Positions 30,522-40,782 are shown, counted from the stretch's first letter. The stretch: DNA of 64,000 bases from an uncultured delta proteobacterium (GCA_963814715.1 CAWFDW010000003.1:216298-280297); one strand, 5' to 3'. Numbers and translations: made by a program. The notes: generated by a model not told the origin, from the letters alone.

Positions 30522-30829
30522 CGTTCGCCTCCCACAAACCGGTGCGCGTCCTTCGTGGCTAACCAGTGACGCGGATAGTTGCTTCGCAGTTCACGAACAC
30601 ACTGCGACCTTCACGTAAGACTCGTCCTTGCGAGCATCGCCCTACGTTGGGTAGATGAATTGTCCTACACCCCACCTACAAGCCCGCCCCAGCGAGCGCT
30701 TTGAGGGGGAGCAAGATTTGGTCCGCCGTGACTAGAAATGTTTCAGTAGCCTAATATTTCGCTCAAGCTGCCTAAATTCTCGCCCGTAGGTGCGTGCATT
30801 TCTTTCACAATTCACAGTTGCCAGAGTCG

Positions 30830-30981
30830 GTCATCCTGACGGAAGCGAGCAACGGCAATTTCTTTCTGTCATCCTGACGCCCGAGCAACGCGAGCGGAAG
30901 GACTTACTCCTGGCCTCCGGACAGCTTCGCGCTCGGGAAGGGGCCAGGGGTTCCGGTTCTCAGAAATCGCGTCATCCCCGA
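30830..30981 (+). repeat. composite intergenic repeat block
   Basis: Contains GTCATCCTGAC at 30830 and 30868, GTCATCCCCGAC at 30970, and a half copy of the GGGAAGGGG..AGGGGTT hairpin repeat at 30931-30957. The block lies in a roughly 540-nt non-coding spacer. The 5' part of track ORF 30790-31959 merely reads through it. Confidence 0.6.
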
Positions 30982-31064
30982 CAGCAGTCAAAAACTGTAC
31001 TTCGACTTTCCAATGTCATAGAACAGCCTCGTCACTCGCCGCCTGGGCCTGAAACAGGAGAACG

Positions 31065-31959
31065 ATCACGAAAATCGGACTTCACCTGCCTCAGATCGGC
31101 GCGCGCTCCCGACGAAATCGCACGCGCCGCCGTGCGCGCCGAACAGGCCGGCTACGAATCAATCTGGGTCAGCGACCATCTGGTAGTGCCCGAATCGGGC
31201 GGACGCCTCCCTCCGATCGAAATATTGGAACCGATCGCGACGCTCGCCTACGTCGCCGCGCTCACCACTCGGATCAAACTCGCGACCAGCGTGATCGTCA
31301 TCCCATATCGCAACGCGATTCATCTCGCGAAAGAACTCGCGACGCTCGACCGACTGTCGTCAGGCCGCGTCGTCGCGGGAGTCGCCAGCGGATGGCTCGA
31401 AGCGGAGTTCCGCGCGCTCGGCGTATCGTTCGAAAAGCGCGGCGCGTACACCGACGAGGCAATCAAGCTGATGCGCGCGGCGTGGTCGTCGCCGACGCCG
31501 GAATTCCACGGCGAGTTCTTCAATCTCGAGGGCATGCGCTTCGGCCCTCGCCCCGCCGCCGGCAACATCCCGATTTGGGTCGGAGGCATCAGCCGCCGCG
31601 CAATCCGCCGCGCCGTCGAGCTGGGCGACGGATGGCATGGAACGCGGATGAATCCCGACCAGGTCGCAGAACGAATCGGATGGATTCGCGATCTCGCCGC
31701 GCGCCGCAGCCGCAACCTCGACGCCTTCTCGATCAGCCATCGCGTGTACCTGGGCTTCGCGCCAAAATGGACCGACACCGGCGGCTACGTCGAAGGCATC
31801 CTGGCCCCGCCCGCCGAAATCGCCGACTACCTGAACCGCTTCGCCGCAATCGGCGTCAGCGAAATCCTGATAAGCCCACTCGGCAGCGACCCGCTCGCAA
31901 AGTTCCTCGACCGCTTCGACACCGAAGTCCGCCCCCTGCTCGCGATGAGTGGATACTGA
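31065..31959 (+). CDS. LLM-class F420-dependent-type oxidoreductase; frameshift near 31101 and no canonical start codon
   Basis: The family N-terminus (I)TKIGLHLPQIG is in one frame and ...APDEIARAAVRAEQAGYESIWVSDH continues in the track frame. The rest is typical LLM (RLSSGRVVAGVASGW, IPIWVGG). Between the in-frame stop at 31048-31050 and the conserved KIGLH box, the only plausible initiator is ATC 31065, 4 nt after AGGAG. Confidence 0.75.
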
Positions 31960-32074
31960 TCTGATCGTCATCGAAGACGGCAAGGTGGTCGAATCGGGCG
32001 ATTGGTCGTCGCTGAGCGCGATACGCGACTGCCGCTTCCGCGCGCTATGGGAAGCGCAGAGCCTGACCATCTAG
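31949..32074 (+). pseudogene. relic of the C-terminus of an ABC exporter ATPase (about 40 codons)
   Basis: Translates DLIVIEDGKVVESGDWSSLSAIRDCRFRALWEAQSLTI*, the very end of an MsbA-type NBD (D-loop/H-loop region onward). Nothing upstream belongs to it. Confidence 0.5.
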
Positions 32075-32273
32075 CGAATCGGAAGCGCTCTGTTGACAAC
32101 TTCCACGACTGCGCGCGATTTGGCCCTTCACGTCACATTCTATTAACCCCCGACTAATTGTTCCGACATGAACCTGAACTAGGGTGACGCCGGTCGTCGA
32201 GCCGTGGGTGTTCGCATTGCGCGGACATCGAGGACCGGCTCAGCGGCGCCATAGATCGCTCTTGGGAGGGGAC

Positions 32274-32969
32274 ATGAACATTCGATCGCGTGTATCGTCA
32301 TTGCTGTTGCCGGCAGTTGCCGCCATCGCGCTGTTTGTAAGCGGATGCGCGCAGCAACGCGAGTTGGGTCGGTGCACCGTTTACGGCGCCGCCTTGGGTG
32401 CGTTAATCGGCACGGGAGCCGGCTACGGTATCGGCGAGGCCAGCGAAGGCAAAGATGGCTCGCAGTCGCGAATCATTGCGGGAGCAGTAGCCGGTGCGGG
32501 AATCGGCGCGGTAATCGGCGGAGTCGCGGGTCATTATATTTGCGATCCGATCGTTCAGCCGCCGCCTCCGCCACCACCTCCGCCGCCACCTCCGCCTCCG
32601 CCACCACCACCGCCTCCTCCTCCGGTGAAGGAGAAGCTGGTGCTGCGCGGCGTGCACTTTGATTTCAACAAATCGAAGATCCGTCCCGGCGATGCGGCCG
32701 TGCTGGACGAGGCCGCCTCAACACTCAAGGCCAATCCCGACGTCGACATCGACGTGAACGGATACTGCGATGCGATCGGCGGCGAGAATTACAACTTGAG
32801 GTTGTCCGATCGGCGCTCCGATGCGGTCGTGGACTACCTGGCCAACGCTGGAGTCCCGGAGAGCCGGCTGCATCCGCACGGATACGGCAAGACTAACTTC
32901 GTGGCGACCAACGACACGGCGGAAGGACGCGCTCAGAATCGTCGCGTCGAACTGGTGCCAGAACAATAA
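32274..32969 (+). CDS. OmpA-domain lipoprotein with 22-residue polyproline linker
   Basis: ATG 32274. Lipobox LFVSGC, a Gly-zipper-like segment, P22 (32559-32624), then the OmpA_C domain (VHFDFNKSKI..., NLRLSDRRSDAVVDYL, GRAQNRRVEL). Confidence 0.88.
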   Translation: MNIRSRVSSLLLPAVAAIALFVSGCAQQRELGRCTVYGAALGALIGTGAGYGIGEASEGKDGSQSRIIAGAVAGAGIGAVIGGVAGHYICDPIVQPPPPPPPPPPPPPPPPPPPPPPVKEKLVLRGVHFDFNKSKIRPGDAAVLDEAASTLKANPDVDIDVNGYCDAIGGENYNLRLSDRRSDAVVDYLANAGVPESRLHPHGYGKTNFVATNDTAEGRAQNRRVELVPEQ

Positions 32970-32983
32970 GACGCATACGTAGA

Positions 32984-33015
32984 GCGGGGCGCTCGCAACT
33001 CGGCGAGCGCTCCGC
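32984..33015. terminator. hairpin between convergent genes (13-bp stem, 1 mismatch)
   Basis: GCGGGGCGCTCGC-AACTCG-GCGAGCGCTCCGC lies between the stops at 32969 (+) and 33024 (-). Confidence 0.4.
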
Positions 33016-33023
33016 ATCCGCCC

Positions 33024-33590
33024 TTAGAAATGATCGAATGGCGGCGGATCGTTGGTCAGCTCGTTCGGATTCGCGACAGGAATGCGTGCGGCGGATACGA
33101 TGTTTGTATTCGATGCTTTACTCGCCGCCGCCCGGTTGGCTCCTTCTGAAAGACTGGGATTGGGCAACGCTTCTGCAGCCTCGCCTTCATTGACTGGATT
33201 GCTTCTAATCACGGCCGCTGCTTCGTAGGCACGAGCTCCAGACGCCCGGTCTATACCATTGAACATTTTGATCGTCGTGCTGACGCTGAACTGGTCATCC
33301 ACTTTCGCCCCGGCAACATTGGCACTGCTTTCAATCGGCGTTACCAATTCAAAGTAGCTGTACCCATTCTGGACGGTTAAATCCGCGCACCTTCTGAACA
33401 GATAGGAGTGAAGCTTTTCCGGCGAGGTAAATCGATCGCCGCGGAAAGAAACTTGCTCGGTGTTAGCGTTCAGCCGCTGATCGGCGTATCCGCCCGAGAT
33501 ACCGTCGGGCTGATATGCAGTCGCGCAACCACTCAACAAGCAAACGGCCGACAATGCGGCCAACCCGATCCGCACGCGCATCGATGTCAC
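33024..33590 (-). CDS. lipoprotein (CC0125/CC1285-like family by resemblance)
   Basis: Lipobox LLSGC, then YQPDGISGGYADQRL...VSFRGDRFTSPEKLHSYLFRRCADLTVQNGYSYFEL. Confidence 0.65.
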   Translation of the reverse strand: MTSMRVRIGLAALSAVCLLSGCATAYQPDGISGGYADQRLNANTEQVSFRGDRFTSPEKLHSYLFRRCADLTVQNGYSYFELVTPIESSANVAGAKVDDQFSVSTTIKMFNGIDRASGARAYEAAAVIRSNPVNEGEAAEALPNPSLSEGANRAAASKASNTNIVSAARIPVANPNELTNDPPPFDHF

Positions 33591-33689
33591 CTACCTACAA
33601 TGTGTTATATGCAACTTACTCTGAGTATGACCGCGAACCAAGCAGTCTGACCGGCCAATAGTCGTGTTGGTCTGCGTTCCTGTCGATGG

Positions 33690-33773
33690 TGGTGCGAGAG
33701 GGGGGACTTGAACCCCCACGCCTTGCGGCACTGGATCCTAAGTCCAGCGCGTCTGCCATTCCGCCACTCTCGC
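33690..33773 (-). tRNA. tRNA-Leu (anticodon TAG)
   Basis: On the minus strand: GCGAGAG acceptor, GGCGGAATGG D region, anticodon arm CTGGA-CTTAGGA-TCCAG, long variable arm, T-arm GGGGG-TTCAAGT-CCCCC, CTCTCGC-A-CCA. Confidence 0.9.
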
Positions 33774-33845
33774 GCAAGGCTAAAACTATTGAAAATCAAA
33801 GGCCTTTTGAAGAGAGTGACCATCAACCTTTAGCCGAGTAAGTCC

Positions 33846-34337
33846 TCAGTCGCGAATGGTCGTCGAATCGCCAGTTTTCAAGCCCTGGACATGGGTCGCT
33901 TGAAAATAGATCACCTGCCATTTTCCCGAGCGGCGCTGCCATATCCTGACGAACCTGAAGTCATCGGTCACGCCTTTGCCGGATGACTCCATCGCAACGG
34001 CTGCGGCTCCACGAGTCATAGCGATATCGCCCACCACCTGGACCACTAGCCCTTCGACCTCGATTTTCTTGTACGAGAAGGACGGATCCGCGATCTTCGC
34101 GATAAGCGCCTGGCGATCGAACGGCCGGCCGTCGGTTCCTACATTCACGGCGTCGTCGGCGACGGCTGAGGTTAGAAATTTGATGTCGCGATTCAGAAGT
34201 GCAGTCCTGTAGTCAATCGATAACTGTTTGACTTGCGCCGAGTCGTCCGTCGCGGCTTCCATGTTTGGAGTGAAAATCCAACTGAGGATTCCGATACCGA
34301 CGATGACGCTCGCGCACCACGCTTTTTTTCTAGTCAT
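33846..34337 (-). CDS. NTF2-like (SnoaL/DUF4440-type) exported protein
   Basis: 163 aa with an N-terminal hydrophobic segment. Contains ...DIKFLTSAVADDAVNVGTDGRPFDRQALI... and FRFVRIWQRRSGKWQVIYFQAT, typical of DUF4440. Confidence 0.65.
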   Translation of the reverse strand: MTRKKAWCASVIVGIGILSWIFTPNMEAATDDSAQVKQLSIDYRTALLNRDIKFLTSAVADDAVNVGTDGRPFDRQALIAKIADPSFSYKKIEVEGLVVQVVGDIAMTRGAAAVAMESSGKGVTDDFRFVRIWQRRSGKWQVIYFQATHVQGLKTGDSTTIRD

Positions 34338-34490
34338 TCATCTGACTCCTGGATTCGTCTAAACAAAAAGGAGTGGTCGCACTTCTCGGCGGATCTCCTT
34401 GACGCGCGCGACGGTAGCGCGAGCATGCCGGTATACGCAATAACGATGTTGAAATGATGAGCGGCGCACGCGTCGCCAATCGGAGCTGTT

Positions 34491-35450
34491 ATGAATGACT
34501 CAAACGAATCGGGCGCGGCGCGCGTTCCGCAGCCGGCCACTGCGATCGCGTCCCATCTGGTGCATCCTCACAAGGCCGAGGAATACCTGGCGGCGCAGAC
34601 TGCGATTACAGACGCGGCTCGCAAATTTCCCGGCTTCGTCGGCACCGAAGTGCTTAGTCCGATCCCCGGCATGCAAGCGGAATGGGTGGCGATCTTCCGT
34701 CTCGAATCCAATCAGGCGATGAAGCGATGGATGGAGAGTCCTGAGCGCACGCAACTTGCGGCGCGAATCGAAGCTTGCCTGTCGGAGCCCTCGCACATGC
34801 TGCTGCTGGCCAGCGACGACAACGCCGAGCCACCAGTTGCGACGGTTTTTACGCATCGCATCGCCAAGGACAAAGTGGACGCCTACCTCGCGTGGCGGCG
34901 CAAAGCGATCGACGCGCAGACGCACTACCCCGGCTATCTCGCGACTGAGTTCTTCAAGCCGCACGGCACGTTTCAGAATGAGTGGGTGGATATTGTGCGG
35001 TACGACAACGTCGATCATCTCAATCATTGGATGGAGTCGAAGGAACGCGAGGCGCTGCTGAACGAACTCGATCCGATCGTCGAGAGCATGCACGCGCATC
35101 GCGTGACCGGCCTCGAAGGATGGTTCGCGCTGAATCGCGGGCCTGAAGCGATGGTCAGGGTGCCGCCGCGGTGGAAGCAGGCAATGTCGGTACTGTTCGC
35201 GCTGTATCCCACAGTGATGGTGCTGAATTTTCTGACTCCGCTTTGGCATAGACTACCGTTTCCGGAACAGATGCTGATCGGAAATATTCTCTCGTGCGGA
35301 TTGCTCACCTACCTGGTGATGCCGCGGGTGAGCCAATTTCTCAATTTCTGGCTTGCCGGTCCGGTCCGCGATTGGAAGAACGAAGCGCTCGGGATTGGCG
35401 CAGTGGTCGGCGGGCTGGCGTTGTTCGTGCTCTTGTTTCAGGCAATATGA
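34491..35450 (+). CDS. tandem ABM-like domains with C-terminal membrane helices (COG3224-like)
   Basis: Two repeats of the pattern FPG(F/Y)(V/L).TE......EW..I.R(L/Y).....(M/L).(R/H)WMES.ER. These are followed by 3 hydrophobic helices (SVLFALYPTVMVLNFL, IGNILSCGLLTYLVM, GIGAVVGGLALFVLLF). Confidence 0.7.
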   Translation: MNDSNESGAARVPQPATAIASHLVHPHKAEEYLAAQTAITDAARKFPGFVGTEVLSPIPGMQAEWVAIFRLESNQAMKRWMESPERTQLAARIEACLSEPSHMLLLASDDNAEPPVATVFTHRIAKDKVDAYLAWRRKAIDAQTHYPGYLATEFFKPHGTFQNEWVDIVRYDNVDHLNHWMESKEREALLNELDPIVESMHAHRVTGLEGWFALNRGPEAMVRVPPRWKQAMSVLFALYPTVMVLNFLTPLWHRLPFPEQMLIGNILSCGLLTYLVMPRVSQFLNFWLAGPVRDWKNEALGIGAVVGGLALFVLLFQAI

Positions 35451-35528
35451 TCGTTCGGTGAATTTGTTCTCTCTGTAACAATTTGCGCCCGGCGGGTGAT
35501 TGTGAAGTCGCACGACTCCGCTGTATGA

Positions 35529-36659
35529 ATGCTGATGCGCAAATTCACATTTCGTTATCTAATCGCGTTCGCTCTTTCGTTGGCTATCAATTTCGCGATC
35601 GGCGCTCGCGCCAACGCTCAGAGCGGATCCGATCTGCCCGACTACATGGACGTGATCGTTGGCAAGACTGCCCCGGAGGCCAAATCGCAGGTCGCCGAGA
35701 ATAATCTGCTCGCGCTGGACATCGCAATGTTCGGGCTGTACGACGACGCGCAGACCAAATTTCAGAAAAATTTCCGCGCGGAACATCCGGTGATCATGGC
35801 GCTATTCAGCAACCAGGGCGGAAAACTCATGCTCTTCAGGCCGGGCCAGCCGCCGGTCGAGGCTCCGCAGGTACCGATTCGCTATCAGATTTACAAGTCG
35901 GTGGGACATTCGGCGCTGGCGACGTTCGAGCTCGTCGGCGCTCATCTCGGCACCGTTTCGGATCAGTCGTGGAAGGGTCCGATGATTACCTTCCGCGCGG
36001 CGAATCAAACCGCGCTCGACAGTCTTGATACGCTCGATCTAACCGCCGACGCGCGAGAGAACCAGCGCAAGGTCCTTGCCAGCAATCTCAAGTTCATGGA
36101 CGCGTGCCTCAGCAAAGGGACTTACACTTTTGCGGACATCCAGAATTACGCGAAGGAAGTGAAACCTTTCCTCGCGGAGAATGTCTGGCTGGGCGCAACC
36201 ACTCAGGTGGAACACTGGATGAAGGTGCTAAAGGATTGGAAAGAGATGCTAGGTGCGGATTGGGACAAGACTTATGGCGTCAGCAATACACTCTACGTCG
36301 CGCGCCAGAACAATGTCCTGTTCAGCACGATGGCGCAGTTCTTCGGCAAGGATGCGATGAACACGCGGCTGTTTTTGTTCGAGACGCCACAGTTTATCAC
36401 GACTCCGGATCAAATGTTCGACGTGCTTATTCGGACGGTCGCCGATCGCTCGGTCGGCCAGGTGTTTTTCGGCAACTACTACCTGATGGACTACGAGCTG
36501 ATGGGCGGTGACGGGCGCAAAGCGATAGCGGAAGAGGATAAGAAGTACGGCATCCCGGTGTTTTTGCCGCCTGCGGTGCCGTTCCATTCCACCGAATGGC
36601 CTTTCAGGATCGATCCGAGCCAGGGCGAAGGTCCGGCTACGATCGAAGACATAAAGTAG
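35529..36659 (+). CDS. secreted hypothetical protein, no family recognised
   Basis: 376 aa with signal peptide (FRYLIAFALSLAINFAIGARANA). Ordinary, non-repetitive composition. Confidence 0.7.
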   Translation: MLMRKFTFRYLIAFALSLAINFAIGARANAQSGSDLPDYMDVIVGKTAPEAKSQVAENNLLALDIAMFGLYDDAQTKFQKNFRAEHPVIMALFSNQGGKLMLFRPGQPPVEAPQVPIRYQIYKSVGHSALATFELVGAHLGTVSDQSWKGPMITFRAANQTALDSLDTLDLTADARENQRKVLASNLKFMDACLSKGTYTFADIQNYAKEVKPFLAENVWLGATTQVEHWMKVLKDWKEMLGADWDKTYGVSNTLYVARQNNVLFSTMAQFFGKDAMNTRLFLFETPQFITTPDQMFDVLIRTVADRSVGQVFFGNYYLMDYELMGGDGRKAIAEEDKKYGIPVFLPPAVPFHSTEWPFRIDPSQGEGPATIEDIK

Positions 36660-36667
36660 CGTCGCTC

Positions 36668-38044
36668 CTAGAACAGGACCGTGACCTGCGCAGTCATCGC
36701 GACGGCACCTTGTGTGCGCCTGCTTTCGCCGGGATTGGGGATGTAGCTGATCACAGGCTCGAAGAAAGAAGTGCTTATCAGATGCATCTGGTAGTACGTC
36801 TGCAGGATCGCCTCGTTGCTGCGAAAGCTATAGCGCCGATTCAGCCACGACCACGCCAGTCCGGTGCCGATTGAATCCACCGGACGGTGAGGAATCAGAC
36901 CGAAGCCGGTAAAGCCGGCGCCGAAATATTCGTTGGCGATCATCGTGCGCGAGTCGTTGATGCCGAACTGGAAGAAGGCCGAGATGCCGCTGTTGTCGAC
37001 GCCTTCGTGACGCCTCCATAGGCGCTGCGATCCGAAAGTGTAAAACCCTTGGGAGCCGTTCTGACTTGTTCCGGGACCGTACAGCTCGCCGGTTTGCGCC
37101 CATCCGCCAGCGGCGACAATTCCGATCAATTTGTGCTCGCCAAGAGTCCACGCATAGCCGGCCTCGCCGATCGTGAAATAGTGTCCATTGAAGACCGGCC
37201 CTTCTCGCAGTCCGGTTTGTATGCCTCTGCTCAACGCTCCGTCGTAGACGGCGTAGGTCAGATAGAAATTTCTGGTCGGCGCGAAGTTCGCGGTTATCCC
37301 ATACGCAGTGTTGTAGTATCCCGGCGACACGCCAATCAGCGTCGGGTTCTTGAAGATCGGCGTGTAGATGAGTCCCGAAACGGCAGGGACCTTGAGACTG
37401 ATGTCCGAGGTGGGAACGGCGCGCGTGACGTTGTTGAAGTCGGCGGGGGGCGTCGTCTTGCCTACTCGAATCACTAGCTTGTCGGCGAACAGGCTCTGGC
37501 GCCACCAGAGTTCGTACAGCTCGGTGCGAACGAACGGCTTCGGGCCCGACAGCCCGTCGTATGCGGTGATGACGCCTGCCTTGCCATTGGCGTCCTCGCC
37601 GTTGAACTGCATCATCTCGGCGTCCATCGACGCGCCCGGAATGCCGGCCAGCTTTTCCAGGTCGATATTCAAGTTTAGAAAGAGCAGGCTGTTGAAGCTC
37701 CAGGTCCGCGGCTTTACTCCACCGGTGAACAGGTAGTCCGCATTGCCGATCCACAAGCCGCCGACGCGAACGCCGGGAATATTGTCGAGTCCGATCAAGC
37801 TACCCAGCCGGCCTGTTCCGGGAATCATGTTGGAAGCGCCCGGGTTGGCGCTGATCGGTTGGACGTTATCGCCGGAGGTCGCTTTCGCTATCGACGACGA
37901 TGGCGTGCTTGATGCGGCCGGACTCGATGACGATAGAGGCTGCGGGACAGCGTCGGCACCGGATGCGTCGCCCGGCAACGACGAGAACATACAGATCGCG
38001 CAGAGCATCCCGGCCGCGGCGAGGACTTGCAAAGCGCGCTTCAT
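36668..38044 (-). CDS. OprB-family carbohydrate-selective porin
   Basis: Signal peptide and Ser-rich linker, then GGLWIGNADYLFTGG..., alternating beta-strand pattern, and a C-terminal aromatic residue (..VTVLF), as in OprB-type porins. Confidence 0.75.
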   Translation of the reverse strand: MKRALQVLAAAGMLCAICMFSSLPGDASGADAVPQPLSSSSPAASSTPSSSIAKATSGDNVQPISANPGASNMIPGTGRLGSLIGLDNIPGVRVGGLWIGNADYLFTGGVKPRTWSFNSLLFLNLNIDLEKLAGIPGASMDAEMMQFNGEDANGKAGVITAYDGLSGPKPFVRTELYELWWRQSLFADKLVIRVGKTTPPADFNNVTRAVPTSDISLKVPAVSGLIYTPIFKNPTLIGVSPGYYNTAYGITANFAPTRNFYLTYAVYDGALSRGIQTGLREGPVFNGHYFTIGEAGYAWTLGEHKLIGIVAAGGWAQTGELYGPGTSQNGSQGFYTFGSQRLWRRHEGVDNSGISAFFQFGINDSRTMIANEYFGAGFTGFGLIPHRPVDSIGTGLAWSWLNRRYSFRSNEAILQTYYQMHLISTSFFEPVISYIPNPGESRRTQGAVAMTAQVTVLF

Positions 38045-38051
38045 CTCACCC

Positions 38052-40782
38052 TCACCCGCTCTTTTTGTCGGTGCTCTCGAAAATCCGTCGATAGATGCGA
38101 TCGGGGGTCAGCGACGAGTCGTGGAAGCGGATGCCGGTGGCGTCAGTCAGCGCATTGGCGAGCGCCGGCGCGATCGGATAGATCGGCGCCTCGCTCATCG
38201 ACTTGGCGCCGAGCGGACCGAACGCGTCGTGCGTTTTTGCGAAATAGATTTCGGGGCGGTCGAGCACGTCGGCATAGGCCGGAATGCGATAGTTGCGAAA
38301 ACTCGGATTGATCATGCGTCCGCTGTCGTCGAACACCATCTTTTCCTGAAGCGTCCAGCCGACACCCTGTGCGATCGCGCCTTCGACCTGCGCGCGACAC
38401 TGCATCGGATTGATGATCACGCCGCCGTCGCAGCCGTGAACGCTCTGCAGGATCACGATTTCGCCGGTGATGCGATTCACCGCGATTCGGAAAGCCTGCA
38501 CCTGGAACGTAACGCTGCGCGGAGTTCCGTAAGCCTTGCGCACGGCCTCCAACGGACGTCCAGCCTTGTGCGACGCCGCGAAAAAATCCGCCAGCGGCAC
38601 GCGCGTGCCGTTATAGAAGATCGCGTCGTGCTCGATACGGCAGGCGTCGCGGCCGACCGCATAATTCTTCGACGCGAACGTCAGCATCCTGTCCCGCAGC
38701 GCTTCGGCCGCGAGCCGCACCGCGTTGCCCGCGACCACCGTGCCCGCGCTGGCGAACGCTCCGGTGTCGTAGCCGGTTTTATCGGTATCGGATTGAACGA
38801 CGCGCACCCGCGAGGCCGTGCTGTTCAGCACGCTCGACACGATTTGCTGATGGACCGTCGTCGTGCCGTTGCCAAACTCTGCCGTGCCGATCGCGAGGTG
38901 ATAGTTGCCGTCCTCGCCGAGGCCGAGCCGCGCCTCTGAACGATGCTCGGTCGGCGGCACCGACCCATGCATCGAGATCGCCATGCCCTTGCCTTCGAGC
39001 CAGTCGGCGCCCTCCGGACGCTTGACGCCGTTGCCGCGCTTCATCGCGACATCCACCAGGTCGATACACTGGTCGAGGCCGTAGCTGCCGAACTCGGTGT
39101 CGGTGACGTCGGTGCTCTCGGCAATCATCTGATCGTCCGGCCCGACGACGTTGCGGCGCCGAAACTCGTAGGGGTCCATCTTCAAGCTGCGCGCCACTTC
39201 GTCCATCGCGCACTCGACGGCAAAGATCGTCTGCGTCATTCCGTAGCCGCGGATCGCGCCGGCCGGGACCATGTTGGTGTAAACCGTGTAGCCGTCGACT
39301 TTCTTGTTGGCGCATTTGTACACCGCGACTGCTTCGCCGCACGCGGCATACAAAGTCTCGCCTCCGTGATTGCCGTAGGCGCCCGTGTTGGAAACGACGC
39401 GCACTTCCATCGCCGTCAGAGTGCCGTCGCGCTTCGCTCCGACTTTCATCTTGACGTTCATCGGATGGCGCGTGGTTGCGGCGACAAATTCTTCTTCGCG
39501 CGTGAACTCGAGCATGACCGGATGGCCGGTCTGCAAAGTGGCAAATGCGCAGATGTCTTCGGTCAGCACTTCCTGCTTGCCGCCGAAGCCGCCGCCCACC
39601 CGCTCGCAAAAGACGCGAACGCTTTCGGGCATCAGGTCAAAAATGTAGCAGAGCTTCTGCTTGGTGATGTACGGCGTCTGGCTGCTGGTGCGGACGTTGA
39701 GCCGGCCGTTGTCGAGCCACGTGACTCGAGCAATGCGTTTCGAGATGCGCGTGTTGGACGCGATGCGTGGTGTAGGTGGCCTCGTGGACTACGTCAGCCG
39801 CTTTGAATCCCGCCGCGACGTCGCCGACGTTGCCGTGAATCTCGAGCAGGATATTCTGCCCGGGACGCCGGATGCGCGACTCGGCGCCTTTGTCGTGAAG
39901 GACCGGCGCTCCCTGGCTCATCGCTTCTTCAGGATCGAAGACTGCCGGCAGCAGCTCGTATTCGATCTCGATCTTGGCGCATCCCTCTTCCGCCGCGCCT
40001 TCAGTCTCCGCGACGACTGCCGCGACCCGCTGCCCGACGAAGCGCACCACGTTGTCGAGCAGGTAAGTGTCATTGGGATCGACGTGATAGTCGTCGTGGG
40101 TGGCAGACGTATAGAGGTGCCGCGGCACGTCCTCCCACGTGTAAACTCCGCGCACGCCCGGAACAGCGAGGGCGGCATCCTTGCGAATCGCCTTGATGCG
40201 CGCGTGAGCGTGCGGCGATCGCAGCAGTTTCAGATGCAGCATGCCCTCCATCGCGGTGTCGAGGGTGTAGCGGACCTTGCCGGTGACGATCGCTTCCGCC
40301 GCCGGCGCCAGCAATCCCGCACCGCAGGATTTGCCGGGTTTATCTTCCTCGATCGACGTGATGCCGTGGATCGCGTTTTCGATCGAGTGATAGCCGGTGC
40401 ATCGACACAGATTGCCCTTGAGGTAGCGCGGCAGGTCCTTGATCTGTTCTTCGCTGAAAGTCGATGCGGTCATAATCATGCCGGCCGTGCAGAAACCGCA
40501 TTGGAAGCCCGCCGCCTGCATGAACGCTTTCTGCATCGGATGCAGATCGCCGTTCTGCGCGAGGCCTTCGATAGTCGTGACCTTGTGACCGTCGGCGCGA
40601 AACGCTGGAATCAGGCAGCTATGAACCGGGACGCCGTCGAGCCATACCGTGCACGCGCCGCAATCGCCGGCGTCGCAACCTTTCTTGACCCCGAACCATC
40701 CCATGTCGCGCAGAAAAGTTCGCAGGCATTGTCCGGGCCGCGGTTCTTCCGAAAAAGTTTTGCCATTGACGAGATAACTCAC
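38052..40782 (-). CDS. xanthine dehydrogenase / aldehyde oxidase-family protein, fused 2Fe-2S plus molybdopterin-binding subunits; frameshift at 39732
   Basis: N-terminal [2Fe-2S] motifs (CDAGDCGACTV, CGFCTAGM, CRCTGY), then the a/b-hammerhead and MoCo domains (GGGFGGKQ, ...). Two track ORFs join as ...HAHLETH|ARVTWLDNGRLNVRTSSQTPYITKQKLCYIFDLMPESVRVF... after skipping one T. Confidence 0.88.

Noticed and set aside
30790-31064. 5' third of the 389-aa track ORF (30790-31959)
   Set aside because: It reads through the GTCATCCTGAC and GGGAAGGGG repeat mosaic (translating as ..GHPDGSEQRQFLSVILTPEQRERKDLLL..REGARGSG..). The LLM homology starts only at about 31065, in another frame.
32555-32749. 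ORF ending in a poly-Gly run
   Set aside because: It is the antisense of the P22 linker of the OmpA-domain gene.
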